Shown here: piece after piece, positions 48,417-61,430 of the stretch
How positions within the stretch are numbered: position 1 is the stretch's first letter
How the letters are laid out: the number at the start of each line of letters is the position of its first letter
Assembly (NCBI RefSeq): GCF_032062105.1
Contig: NW_026935833.1
Coordinates: 124,001 to 188,000, forward strand
DNA length: 64,000 bases
Reading direction: 5' to 3'
DNA from: Saccostrea cucullata
Lineage: Eukaryota
The notes under the pieces: model-generated
Seen by the model: only the letters and a program-made list of their open reading frames with translations
Databases searched by the model: none
What the model was told of the DNA's origin: nothing
Made by a program: the position numbers and the translations under genes

Positions 48417-51400
48417 CCAGAAGTCTCTGTCGAGACTGAAGCTCTACTGGTTTGTACTTATAGCAAAGGAAGTTAAAAGTAAAAGCAGTTGGGAATTGAA
48501 ACTTTACAACAGCAATAAATAGATTAATGATCCTTGATTAAGTCTCTTTATGTTCTTAGTGTAGTCTACTAGCATGCTACATTATATTATAATCAGACTA
48601 AAACTGTATTTAGAGTAGCATTTTGAGAGTATTTCACAGAAATTTCTATTTTTAAACCACGGCAACACCGTTCATCGAAATCAAAAACCGATGAACAGCA
48701 TTATCTACCTTAATGTTGCTTACTTGTGTGCCAAGTTATATTGAAATCAGACCAAAATTGTAGGAGTAGTAGCATTTTTAAAGAATTGCACAGAAATTCT
48801 ATTTTTAGTTACCACGGAAACACCGTTCATCGAAATCAAAAACCGATAAACTGAATTATTTACTTACTGTTGCTTACTTGTGTGCCAAGTTATATTGAAA
48901 TCAGACTATACCTGTAGGAGACGTAGCATTTTGAACAGGTTGGGAACACATCCCCTTTAGCGAGATCATCTCGCTAAATCGCGATTATCCCTCTTTAGCG
49001 AAAGAAAAAACATTACCATAAACGGGAATTTTGTTGTTTTCGTTATAAAATAATCAAAAATCTCGTGCGTATTGAAAATCCGGGAGAAAGCTGCATTGAA
49101 GCGTGAATTTATTACAAAAAACTGACAATATTGGCCAGAAATTTAAGACAATCACTGCTGCGTGTGAGAATAAGATGCTGAAATCCACGTGTAAATCGTG
49201 CATTTTTAGCGAAGGTTTCAAGATTTACAGTCATATATGGTTTTTGAAGCATATAAAATATGTACAGATATCCAAATTATATTCGTTAGGGTCTTAGCTT
49301 TCCATTCTTGTACAAAATTTAAAAATAATGTTCTTTAGAAACCCATGATATTTGCTTAAATATTTGATCTTTGGTTGACGCGAAGAAGTACGGAAGCGCA
49401 ACAGGGTTGTAACGTTTCTGGAAAATTAAGTCATGATTAAAAAAACAAGTATAAACTGAGATGTGTATGGAATATGGGTAAACCATTAATTTAATGGAAT
49501 ATTGAAAACAAACAAATAAAAAGAGGTTTATATTGAGTCTTACCGATATTGACTTAGTACAAATGTTAATGCATGGTAAACTTGTAAATTCAGGAAAGAA
49601 TGATTCAACGGCGTCGGAAGCAAATTGGAAAAAAGGGGGTGGCTAATTCAAAGGAAAAAATTCAACCTGAAAAAAACTTGTCAAAAAAAGAGGAGAATTT
49701 GACCATTGTCCAAACCTGAAAATCCTATTTCGTGCGGGTAGAAGAGGGGGGGGGGGGTTAGCTTCGAACTTTTTTTTTTCAGTTACCACTTACCCATCTT
49801 TTCATTAACACAGAAACGTGCCTGTTGAAAGTGTAAAATGTTACCTTGAATTAAATTTCATAACTATACGAAATTAGAGAAACAAAAATGCAAAATTGCA
49901 TTGTTGAAACTACTGCTTCTAACGTGTTGTTAATCATAATTTAAAGAAGTATTCCCTAGGTATTCGTATTTTAATGACATAAATTCTTAATGTTTTTACC
50001 GGTGGCAATGAACAGTTCTTCGTTTGAGGACACTTTAATTGCATATTGGAAACATATTGGGATCCTGCATAAGTTAAAATGTGTAAATTTTAATAGGGAA
50101 TCAGATACTTTCCAAAACATAGGCTACATGAAATAACACAGACCAGGTGGCATTTTTATATTAAAAAAAAAACGGGGGGGGGGGGGGCTTCTGTAAAAAT
50201 CTGCCACCAAAAATCAAATAAATATTTTTTTAAAATAAAACGATTGATTGTTATTGTTAAATACCGAGTCGGCAAAATTTCAGCAGTATTTTGGCGGCGA
50301 ATACATGCTTTATTGAATAGATTACAAACATTCCAAAGACAATTTGCTTTAATTTGAAAGAATTCATGAGAGGCTATATCATTTATATATCGAATGTAGC
50401 TTCCATGGAAATTCTTCGATAAATTTTATTACATTTTGTTATACCTTGTATTTGTTTTATTGAGTTAATAAGAGAGGCAATTGTCAAAAAATTTTAATAG
50501 CTGATTTTTTTCCTTATTACAAATCCATATGGAGTATTAAAAATAATTGATCAGATAAGACTTATTCAATCAAAAAATAACAGATTAAAATGGTAAAATG
50601 GTTATGTGCGATAGCTTTTACCATGCCTGATTAGAGTCTTGGTATATGATACATTTAAAGAAATCTCACAGCACAACCTTTCTATTTTTGTTCCCCCCCC
50701 CCCCCCCACCGACTATCCGTCCATCTACATGTACCAATAGCCGTCTAAAATATCACGTTTCCAAGATAACTTGCAAAGTTTGAGACAGTGCAATATAGTT
50801 TGCCAAGATAAAATAATTTTTAGTGTTGATTAATTTACGTAGGACGAGAATTTAAAACTGACACTGAACGCATTATTTTCACGTGTAAAATATACAGAAT
50901 TAATATATCTGTTAGAAGATCCTGGAAACTCTGACGAGAAGCAAAGAACCAATGAGGGCGCTTCTTACAGTTAGAAGGTGGGACTTATATAGTCAATCAG
51001 GCGATTTGAGAATTTATAGGATATAAAAAACCAACAGATTTCGTGTCGAGATCGTCATGCCATACGGAAAGTCCAAAGTGACGGACACCCCATCACTATA
51101 TAATGCTGTATATACTCGCGCTTTTCAAGCAGGTATATTAAAAAAAATAAGGTAAACGTGCAATTACAATAACCGTATAACCGAAGTAAGTTTAGTTGTA
51201 CTGATAATTATCACCTGTGGTCCACCGTAATATACGCTATTGTTCATAAATTTATTCTAATTTCCATGATTTGCAGCAGTCGAGGCAATATTTTGAAGCA
51301 AATTTATTGAGATGAGACAATAAATATTTATCGAATGGGTTAACATAGAGCCGGATTTTCCTTTTTCAGAAGTTAACATGATTACAGCTTGAATCGGAGT

Positions 51401-51860
51401 ACAAATCTCGGTTTACCGAGATGAATTTTCTCCCGCTAGACAGGGATAATCGCGATTTAGCGAGATGATCTCGCTAAAGGGGATGTGTTCCCAACCTGTT
51501 AAAGAATTTCATAGAAATTTCGTTTTTATTAACCGCAGCAACATATTCATAAAACAAAAACCGATATGCAGAATTATGTATCTTAGTGTAAACTTGTGTG
51601 CCAAGTTATTTTGAAATCGGACCAAAAGTAGAAGTAGCATTGTATATAAAAATATGCACACAAATTTCTATTTTTACACAAAACACATTTACACCTTTCA
51701 TCTGAAATAAAACCGATACTAAATTATCATTTCAGTATAGTCTACTTGTGTGCCAAGTTATATTGAAATCTGACAAAAACTGCAAAGTAATTTTGAAAGA
51801 ATTTCACAGGAAATTTTTATTTTTAGTAACCACTGTTCCGAAATCAGAAACCGATACTAT
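48417..51860 (-). mobile_element. HINE, 156-bp family, tandem to the previous copy and split by a TIR element
   Basis: Begins ccagaagtctctgtcgagactgaagctctactgg; the repeat unit breaks at 48935 and resumes at ~51499. Confidence 0.72.
48936..51498. mobile_element. Unclassified non-autonomous TIR transposon (CAGG termini)
   Basis: 57-bp perfect TIR caggttgggaacacatcccctttagcgagatcatctcgctaaatcgcgattatccct. Flanks ttgaa | ttaaa give an imperfect 4-5 bp TSD. No coding region inside. Confidence 0.82.
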
Positions 51861-52879
51861 ACATTGTTTGCTGATATTCTTTGTCGGTCAATATCTCTAT
51901 GAAATTTAGCTTTTTTCAAAACACATTAACCGATGAAGGGCGAGGTGAAAATTGTACGAAGATGGCTAAATATTTTAATTGACCGAAAAAGCAGCAATAA
52001 GTGTTTTAAAATATTATTTCTTTGATAAAATGATACAGCTTTCTTGTTTGCATTTAATTTTTTTCCAGTATTAAATACAAGAGAGAAGCAGAATCAGAAC
52101 ATAAATAAACCTTACCAGTCGTATCAATTTGGAATGTTTTTTATCCAAAATTGTGAATTTTTCAAAAATAATATACATGTCAGTCTTTTTTAGTCCTTAG
52201 GATAGATTTTGAAAGAAAGGATCTCTTATCAGGTGAAAACTGACTGCCAATTGTAAAAATTGTTGTTAAGTAAATGTGTTGGAGGGGGTTTACTGCATCC
52301 CTCTGTACCACAGTCACCCAGTAAATATATATTCGATTATGTTTTGTTCACATATTCAATAAAAAAAAGTCATAGTCATTTAAATAGCTTTGCCAAAACA
52401 ATTTGCATCAATTTGGAATATGGATTATTTTATAGATCAATGGTAGAGGAAAGCGTCCTTGTATTTCTAGAACGTCACGTGCAGGTCAATGGAAAACAAA
52501 CATAGTTGCTGATCTCAGCCAATCTTAGATGGAAATTATTCAATCTATAATAAACAGAATTACTGTATCTTATTTCAACTTGTGTGCCAACTTATATATA
52601 TTGGAACTAAGTACATAGTTAAAATGAATTTCACAAAGATTGCTATTTTCAAACCATGTTAACATCGTTCATCGATTTAGCTGAAATTAATAGTGAACAC
52701 AGAATTATGTACCTTAGTGTAGTATCTGACCAGTAGAGCTAATAAAAAAACCCCAACAATATCAATTCCTTGGCCTACAAGAGCTAACATTCCAATCTCT
52801 GAGTTCACAACTAAGTCCTTTTTACTTTTGCTTTTCCTTGTCTCTTTCCCTATGGTACATGTAAAAATAAACTCCATGA

Positions 52880-53670
52880 CAGAATTCTAAGTCCACAATA
52901 TCATTATGATGAGCAAAGTACCTCTCATTCAAAAACTTTGTGAATTTCCTGGAATATCACAATACTGGGCACAAAGAGCTAAAGGGTGGAGCTATATATT
53001 CATTCACTATCAAATAAATGAGTGAAAATGCATTATTTTTAAAAAAAAATTCCATTTCCTCTACACCTTCTACAGTATTACTTATGAAACTACTAAGTAC
53101 ATAGTTATAATGTAAAACACAGAGTGCCCACCCCCCCCCCTCTTCCAAATATGGAATTTTTCAAAGTCCAAAAGGGCAGCTATTTGGTGTAAAAAGAGGG
53201 CGACAGTACAAAACAAATTCTTTGAAAATCTTTTCCTTTGCATCTGATATATCTGTATACTAAGTATATATATATATATTTATGATGAAAGGTGCCTCTA
53301 GCAAAATGGAAAATGAACAGAAACTGCAAATAATTGGAATTTTTCTGGGGGGGGGGGGACATACTCTGTCAAAAAAATAAATGAACAAAACTTGACTTTG
53401 ATATTATCTGATATACCATATTTGATGAAATAACATTTATGATGATAAAAAATATGTGGCCCCAGGGTCTGTGGTTCCTGTGGGGTGGGAAGAAAATGCA
53501 TGGTTTAGAATGGAAGTGCATTTTTCTCTTAGTTACTCTGATCTACTTATGGTTGTTAACTGACTATCTAGTAAGCATTGCTAAGTGTATAATTATGATA
53601 AGCAATAGTACCTCTTTCAAAATCGTGATTTTCATGGCCTCTGGTTAAAACACAAACTAAATTCAATTGT
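52880..53670 (+). repeat. Degenerate fragment of the 167-bp HINE family
   Basis: 53457-53670 aligns by eye with 11813-12023 (ggaagtgcattttctct...tataattatgataagcaatagt...ttcatggcctctggtt). Confidence 0.65.
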
Positions 53671-53708
53671 TGGAAAAAAATAGAAACACTCTTTTTTTCA
53701 ATTTTACA

Positions 53709-56532
53709 AGCCATTCCCCATGTTTTTGCTCATTATCTTGAAATAAGAACTCAAAATTACTTTCGAGAAGCCATGAGCCCTGTATTTAAAGTAAATACAT
53801 ACTGGTACAGACAAGAATTTGCAAAGTAACGTGGAATGGGCCATTGGCATGGTTTGTGTTGGCGTTCTGATAGGGAACCACACACTTTACTGTGCACACT
53901 TATTGAAAGAGGTCTTTCAGATGATGATTGTGCAGAATATCTCTCAAACTGGGCCAGATAGACTCTTGGAATGACAGCTTCCCATCCCGCTGGTAAAGAT
54001 GAAAAAGGAAACTCAAAGAAAGACATTTGGCCCCTACCCTGAAGGATCAGCTCCTCCTCCACCAGAAGAGAAAAATCCTCTTTTAAAGTTACTTACGGAT
54101 GTTTGTGAATCTCAGGAATCTTTACTAGAAGACCATCTCATTTTATCAAACAGAATTAATATTCATTGATATTCCGATTAGTCTTTAAATTCCCAAGCAT
54201 AGAGGGAGATCACCAAAGCGGGTGTGTAGTATGGAGTTTGGAACAGAAGACAACCCTGGTAAAACTCTTAAGTTGTAAACCTGCAGTTGTCCGAGATAAA
54301 AATAGCTTATTAAGACTAGAATTGGAGCGAGATCATCCGCACATTGTCCAGCATTCCCGATACCATACTCAGGGTTGGAGAGCTAATGGTGATGTCTGAA
54401 TCGTTCTTTCTGAAAAACAATCCAGATAATCCCTCTGCTGATGAAATAATTGCTACAAAACGATATGTCTCTCGTTATGCATGTAAAGGAAACAAGCCTA
54501 CAGGAGCACTTGTTGACCTTTTTCATAATCTAGCTAACAACCAAAATGAAAATCCTGGTGCCAATGCCAAAAGTACCTGTACAAAACTGCTTATGAATAC
54601 TGTTAAACGGGACCTTTCTAGTGTTGAAACCTCCTTGTCTTCGACTTTTCCGTTGCAGTCATCAATGAATCTCTCAGGTTCTAGGGTTCTTTAAAAACTG
54701 GTTCTACTGTCACACGACATACACGTCTTGATAAAGACCTTCAAAGACATGAAAATGATAAAAGTTCCTGGTACCACTTCATTTGCTAGTCTGGAAAAGT
54801 CCCACTTATTTCTGGCAGTCAAATTAGAGCCAAGTGGTCCCTAAATGAAGATTATTGTCGCACTATGATACTGCTCCATATGCCAAACTGGAGAAACATT
54901 GATGAATTAAAGGATAACAACAGCACATTTACAACAGTTACAAATTTTCACAAACTTTCTACCTTCTGAATTTTGTCCAAATTTTGTAAGGGCAGATGTT
55001 GAAAGGGCAAGACGGCATGAAGAGCCTGAGGCGTCAGACTCAGTCCCAGAGGAAGATACTGAGAATTCACATTCAAGTTCCCAACAACCTGAATGGATTG
55101 ACCTCCTTGCGCCAAATCCTGATTTCGATTATGAAAATCCAGATTTAAGATATAACGACGGAGGACCAGATTATGACTAGACTAGGGAGTCCATTTCTTA
55201 CCTTAATAAAAAGGCATCAAATTCATTGAAAACCTCAATGTTCAAACTGCAGAAAATGTTTCTAGCAATACATTAGATCTCCCAATGTGTCTTATGAATT
55301 TTTGCATGATGAGCAAACATTTGCTTACAACATATTTATGAATGCTCTCTTAAAATATAAAAATCAGTCTTCAAATTTTCAGCCTCTGAGGATGATTGTT
55401 GCTGGTACTGCAGGTTCAGGGAAAAGTTTTCTTATAAAGTGACTTGTAAGTGACCATCAGAGAGCTCTTTCATTCGAACAATGCTGTGCGAGACCTCTGT
55501 CCTACGGGTAACAGTGCAAATCTTATTTCTGGTGTCAAATTACACAGTTTTCATTACATTCCAATTGGGACAAAATCTGCCAAGGAAATGACACCCCCAG
55601 TGAAAACTACACTGGATGGAATATATTTGTCGCTATGCTATGAGTATGGGTTCTATGTCTTCTTCATCATGTGGTGGTGTACCAGTGGTTGTTTTTCTTG
55701 GCGATGATGTTCAACTCCCTCCTATTTGTGATTCTCCTGTCTAAAACTGTAAAAGCACTAAGCCTACTTCACTTCATGGTGCACTTGTCTGGAAAAAATT
55801 TTAAACTGTTGTCACTCTTTCAAAATATCATTCGTCAAAATAAAAGCCAGATAAAACAAAGAGGCATTTGTCATATTCACAAGCTAAATGGCTTCAAAAT
55901 TTTCAATGGGATTCCTCAAAATTATAACTCATGGCCAATCATTATTGGACAGAATGACACAAAATGGTTTATTTGTTTCTCCTATCCATGCTGAAGAATG
56001 GGAACACAATAAACAGAAACATCTAAAGGTCAATGAAATTTCTACCATTTCCAGAATCAAATCAATAGACCAAGTACACTGGTCCTCCATTTATTGACAG
56101 CCATCCAAAACTTGTGCCAGTTGTTGCTGTTGCTGCTTTAATTGTAAAAGGAAACAAATACCACTTACAAGTAGGTCAGGATGGGGAATCATTATTAATC
56201 GCTGCCAAGGCATGACAATAGGTGATGGAGACACAAGCAGATATACTGTCATCTATCCTGAAATAACGCCTTTGGGTCCAGAAATCCTGGAGCATTTTTT
56301 GTAGCTCTATCCCGAGCAAAATCTGCTGGTGGTGATGAAGTAGATCCTAACTTTGATTGGCATCCCCATGTCCTAGTTAATGAAGACCGACTCTGCCTAA
56401 AAGTTTGCAAAGATACCATGAAAACCCGCACGAAGGAAAGTAAAAGGCAACAAATGCTTATAGACACCACCAAAAGTACTTACTCTCATCTCTTGCAAAA
56501 AATTAATTTCCTTTATGAAGAATAAAACTCTT
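53709..56532 (+). pseudogene. Helentron/Helitron RepHel C-terminal part (HUH Rep + PIF1-family helicase)
   Basis: YWYRQEFAK*RGMGHWHGLCW (HUH motif 2); QGWRANGDV; RYVSRYACKG (catalytic Tyr motif); GTAGSGKS (Walker A, 55404); PTGNSA; LGDDVQLPP; CQGMT; FVALSRAKS. Many stops and frameshifts. Confidence 0.88.
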
Positions 56533-56705
56533 AATTCCATAGATCTTTTGCACATTAACTCATGTGCGGGTGACATGACATGGCGACCCCCTATAGTTTC
56601 TGTGATTGCAGACCCTTAGTTTCTGTGACTGCCGACCCTTAGTTTCTGTGACATTCTTAATGCAATACAAAATCTTTAATAATAGATTTTAAATGGGCTG
56701 CATAT

Positions 56706-57701
56706 TTTTGTCCCCCACTTTCGCGAAAGTGAGGGGACATTGAATCTCATTTGTCTGTTCGTCACAAAACTTTAACCCTGCCCATAACTTTTGATTTAGT
56801 GGAGCTATGACTTTCATTTTTCACATGTGTATTCCTTGTGACAAGACCTTTCTTTGGGTACCCCCAAATATGACCTTTTGACCATGACCTTGGAGTTTGA
56901 CCAACTTTAACACAAAAATTCCTAACTTTTACTTTGGTCATAACTTTTGAATGGTAAGTACTAAGACTTTCATATTTCATATCTGTATTCTTTGTAGCAA
57001 GACCTTTCATTGGATACCAACAACTTTGACCTTGGAGATTCCCATACTTATGAAAAAACTTTATCCTTGACCATAATTTGAATGGTTAGGGATAGGGCTT
57101 TCATACTTCACATCTGTAATTCTTGTGGGAAGCCCTTTCATTGGATACCAAGAACTTTGACCTTGACTTTGGACTTTCATATTTCACCTATGTATTCTTT
57201 GTGCCAAGACCTTTCATTGGTTACCAACAACTTTGACCTTTTGACATTGGAGATTTCCGTACTTATGAAAATACTTTAACCTTGACATACCGTTTGAATG
57301 GTAAGGGCTAAGGCTTTCGTACTTCAAATATGTAATCCTTGTGAGAAGACCTTTCATTGGATACCAAGAACTTTAACCCTTTGACCTTGACTTTGGAGTT
57401 GAACTACTTTAAAAACCTTAGCCAAAACTTTTGAACGGTTAGGGTTAGGGTTTTCATCCTTCATATATGTATTACTTGTGACAAGACCCTTTCACCTGGG
57501 AGTTTTACCTACCTTTCAAAAATTTATCCTCTACTATAACTTTTGAACAGGTGGTGCTAGGGATTTTGTATTTCACAATCATATTTCTTGTGAGAAAAAC
57601 CCTACTTTGGGTTATAATATATTTAATTTGCATTTAAGAAAAGTTTAATCTTCGTTATGTTGCCATACAGGGTCATCAGTGTTTCATAAACACATCTTGT
57701 T
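56706..57701 (+). mobile_element. Degenerate HINE-type element (fifth family)
   Basis: 5' hairpin tgtcccccactttcg-cgaaagtgaggggaca; degenerate tandem units (aagacctttcattggataccaa...tttgaccttg); 3' hairpin gtgttt-cat-aaacac plus cttgtt. Confidence 0.65.
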
Positions 57702-60683
57702 CCTAATATATTGAGAGGAGATAGGGCTTTCATATTTGACATGTGCATTACCTGTGACAAGATAATTCCGAGCATGCTATGATTTCTTACCCATTGACCT
57801 TGACCTTCACGATTGATATTATTTTTTTAAAAATCGACTTCAATGATAATTTCTAAATAACTGAAATATGATAGAGTGTTCATATTAGACACAACTACTG
57901 AAACTAGCTGGGGGAAATTTTTAGCCGGGCTTATTGCAAAGAGCAAGCGTTCAAGGGGGAGTCGCCATTTTAAAGTTGCACGTGCAAAAATCAATAGTTC
58001 TAAATTAACCGCTTTTAAAGATAATACAAACCGCTTTTGAGATAATACAAACGCTAAATAAAGCAACAAAAATAAAACGAAGTTTTATCTATATTTTTTT
58101 TACAGTGTTACCGTAGTTCTCTACACATGTTTACATTCAGCTGCGGTACCAGATTAATTCTGATTCTGACAAAATCGGACCGTGGTATTATTGAAAAACT
58201 CACTGTCAGTGTCTTATGTATATTAATAGTTTTAAAATAATTTTTTCATCAGAATATAAACGTTTCATGTAAGAAAAACTATAAATATCTTTCTTTGATT
58301 TTTTTTTTATTCTATTGACAGTTTATTACACAGGAATATAGCATGACGAAATACTTCAAAGTCCCGCAATTAGTTTAGGAACAGAAATATATAAGAAAAA
58401 TACATTTCCTAGTATTTTGGGGGTATTTTTTTACTTCTACAAATATCAATTTCATTAAAGGCCTCTTCTTCTTACGTTATAAAGCAACTTTAATCTGTTG
58501 TACTATGTTATACATCATGTACTACAGGTGCTCATTGACATTTTCTCTTTACATGTTAGAAACTTTATTTTAGTACATTTTAAGCTATATTTTTGCTTCA
58601 AGTTATTATACTTCAGATGATCTGTTTCCATTTACATCACGGAAAAGAGAATGCATGTAAATTTGAAGCATTTTAAAATATTGAAAAAAAAACAACTTTA
58701 TTTTCATTCCAAATGTACATACAGGCCTAAAAGGTATGAATAAGTGTTAAAAATAAAAGACTGTATGTAGAAAATCAACTGAAATGTATGCATCAAAGAA
58801 CACAAGAACATATTTTTAAAAGCATTCAAGTAAATTTTTCAAAAAACAAACAACCATGGGCCATTAATCGACATTTATTTATAAAACATGAGCACAACTT
58901 ACTAAGATATATTCACAAACTCATTGTGTTACCAGTTTCTTTACATTCATTTCCATGTTCATTCATGATAAACAATCGCCTCGGTTTTCTTTTAGATGCC
59001 ACCTGACTTTCTAGAACTTTCAACAAATAGCGAGATCGGACATAAACCGAAAGGATTTGCACATTTTGTTTTTTAATCAATGGCAACAGCTTATTTCTTT
59101 TATATCACTTAAATCAAGTTTGGATTGAATAATTTATTAATGACGTTTTATGAAATAAATAAGCGCTAGCTTGTCGTCAGTTTTTTTTTTAAATGCCAGT
59201 TACTTAGATCTGCCACCACTTTACTCTCTTCGGTGCTATTTCGAGGCTGTTAATGGAATATGAAAGTTGACTTTTAATTAAATTTACGATAATTACTATG
59301 CGAGTGAAATCTGAATATAGTTGACGGACATCACCTTACACCTAGTGTATTCCTACAGGCTTAAGGAAGAACTCTTGTGCAGCCGTTTCAGAGTTTATTT
59401 GCAAGAATTGTTAATTTATAAGTATAGATATGTCATAAAAAATAACATCTCTTCCACAAAGACACCGAAAGCGGGGGACCACAATTCTTTGAATTTGTTT
59501 GTTCTTTTTCTTTGTTAGAATATCATTGTAACATGAAAGAATTCTTCCTAAAAATCAGAATTTGATGCAAGGATGTCCATAAGCACTAATAATACTCAGG
59601 CCTACACAAATAGAAAACTGTGTAAAGACCTTTTCTCATCTTTTGCAAAAGCTTTTCCTGTATGAAGAACATAGACCTTTAGCACAGTTAATCAATAGGG
59701 TGTGGGTGACATGCCAGTCGCTAACCCTGAGTTTCTGTGCCTTATGTGTAATTCTACTTTATATTTTAAATGTAATTCTTTAAATGAAGACTTCATAATT
59801 TCCTCTCAATGTTAATAAATTAAGACTTTGTCTTTAACCTGAAAAAGCATGTTACAAAAACAAAGTAGTAAAGGAAGACAATGAAATTACTTGGGATGCC
59901 ATTTCCAATCAAATACTACAAAATATCATACAATTCTATTGTTACGTTATTGTACAATTACTACTTTACTTTAAATACAGTTAAACATGCTCATAAGTGC
60001 ATGGGACGAATTTGCTTTGTTATCAGTGGTTATAATCGTAATTGGTTATATCCGTTAAGTTTTCAATACATTTTAAAGGTTTATTCCCTGAACATCTACT
60101 CCCTATATAAACAGTATAATTATCACACTCAATTAAGAGGCCCTCTGAGGGGTACAGGTGGAGTTAACCTGTGTTTCTTGATTCAACATTCTGAATCAGA
60201 TAAACTTATTCATTTTTCTGATAAAGAATATGTACCAAACCACAATTTATTTGATTAAATAACTATAATTCAAGACACCAAACAAGTGTTTTTTCATATA
60301 AATATTTTTATGTTTATTTCAGTACATTTCATTACAAGCACTATGACACAATATATATGTAAAGTGATAACAAATTTTATTTAATTTTTAAAGAATGGCT
60401 GAGATATGCAAAAGATAGAGATGGGGGGCGGAAAAAAAGAGCGGACAAGAAAAGAAGGGAGGAGGAGGCTAGGGAGAGGGAAGAGGAGACAGAGGAGATT
60501 CGGGAGAGGAAAAGTGGCAGTGTCCAACTTTTTTTGTGTTAGAAGATAATTTTATTTTCCAAAGTCATGGGGAATGAAAAACAGTTTGCTGTAAATGTCA
60601 ATTCGTTATAGGCATTTTCGCTATAAGCGTGTTTTAGTGTAATAAGTTTTCATTTTCTTTGCAGAACATGCGGCACATAATTT

Positions 60684-61430
60684 TTGCCCTGGATTCAAGA
60701 GGTGCAAAACTGCAAAATTATCTGCAATTCAAAGAACTATTTGATTTTTCTTATACATATCATGTCATTGTTCGACCAGGTGGTAAAATTTGCCACATCA
60801 GAACTCTTGTTGATCAAAAAATATATCGAATTATTCAATTTAACAAATTGCATAAGATATGGGTTGTTATTTTCTGCTGGAATTTGCAATTTGACAAAGA
60901 TAGTCATCCATGCACATGGTAAAGAGATTGAATACATTCAATCTCATGAAAATGAGCAGTCCATTATATCTGAATTTAAAGATTTACTAATACATTTCCA
61001 ATCACACAATTTCAATATTTCCAATGGAAAATTACAGCAGTCTGTTTATTCTCTAGAGGACAGAAAAGTGCAACAAAATAAAATTAGAGGAAGATTTAAA
61101 ATTAATTCTTCCTTAAGTGAATTAACAACCCCTGTAAGATGGGACAGGGATCTGCTTATTTGTTTCACAAAAAAATGTGGTAGAAAAAACGACAAAGTTA
61201 AAAAAAAGTTGTCAAAACATCATACAAGGCTTTGTACGATGGAGTCCATTCAAATGAAAAACTTTCAAACAAATGATATTATTTCATGCTTTAGTCAGTT
61301 ACAAACAGCATATAATTTGTAAATCAATTAGAAAAAGCAAGTGAAACTGAATCAGATATCGACACGCAAGAATCTTTATGAGAAATTAACTTTGAAAGAT
61401 TATGAATTCCTATTTAAACTACATAATTCC
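60684..61430 (+). other. Unassigned 212-codon ORF and continuation; possible decayed LINE ORF2 remnant
   Basis: Long for this AT content. LEDRKVQQNKIRGRF and YEFLFKLHNSI weakly recall L1/Tx1 ORF2 segments, but no RT or endonuclease core is visible. Confidence 0.25.
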
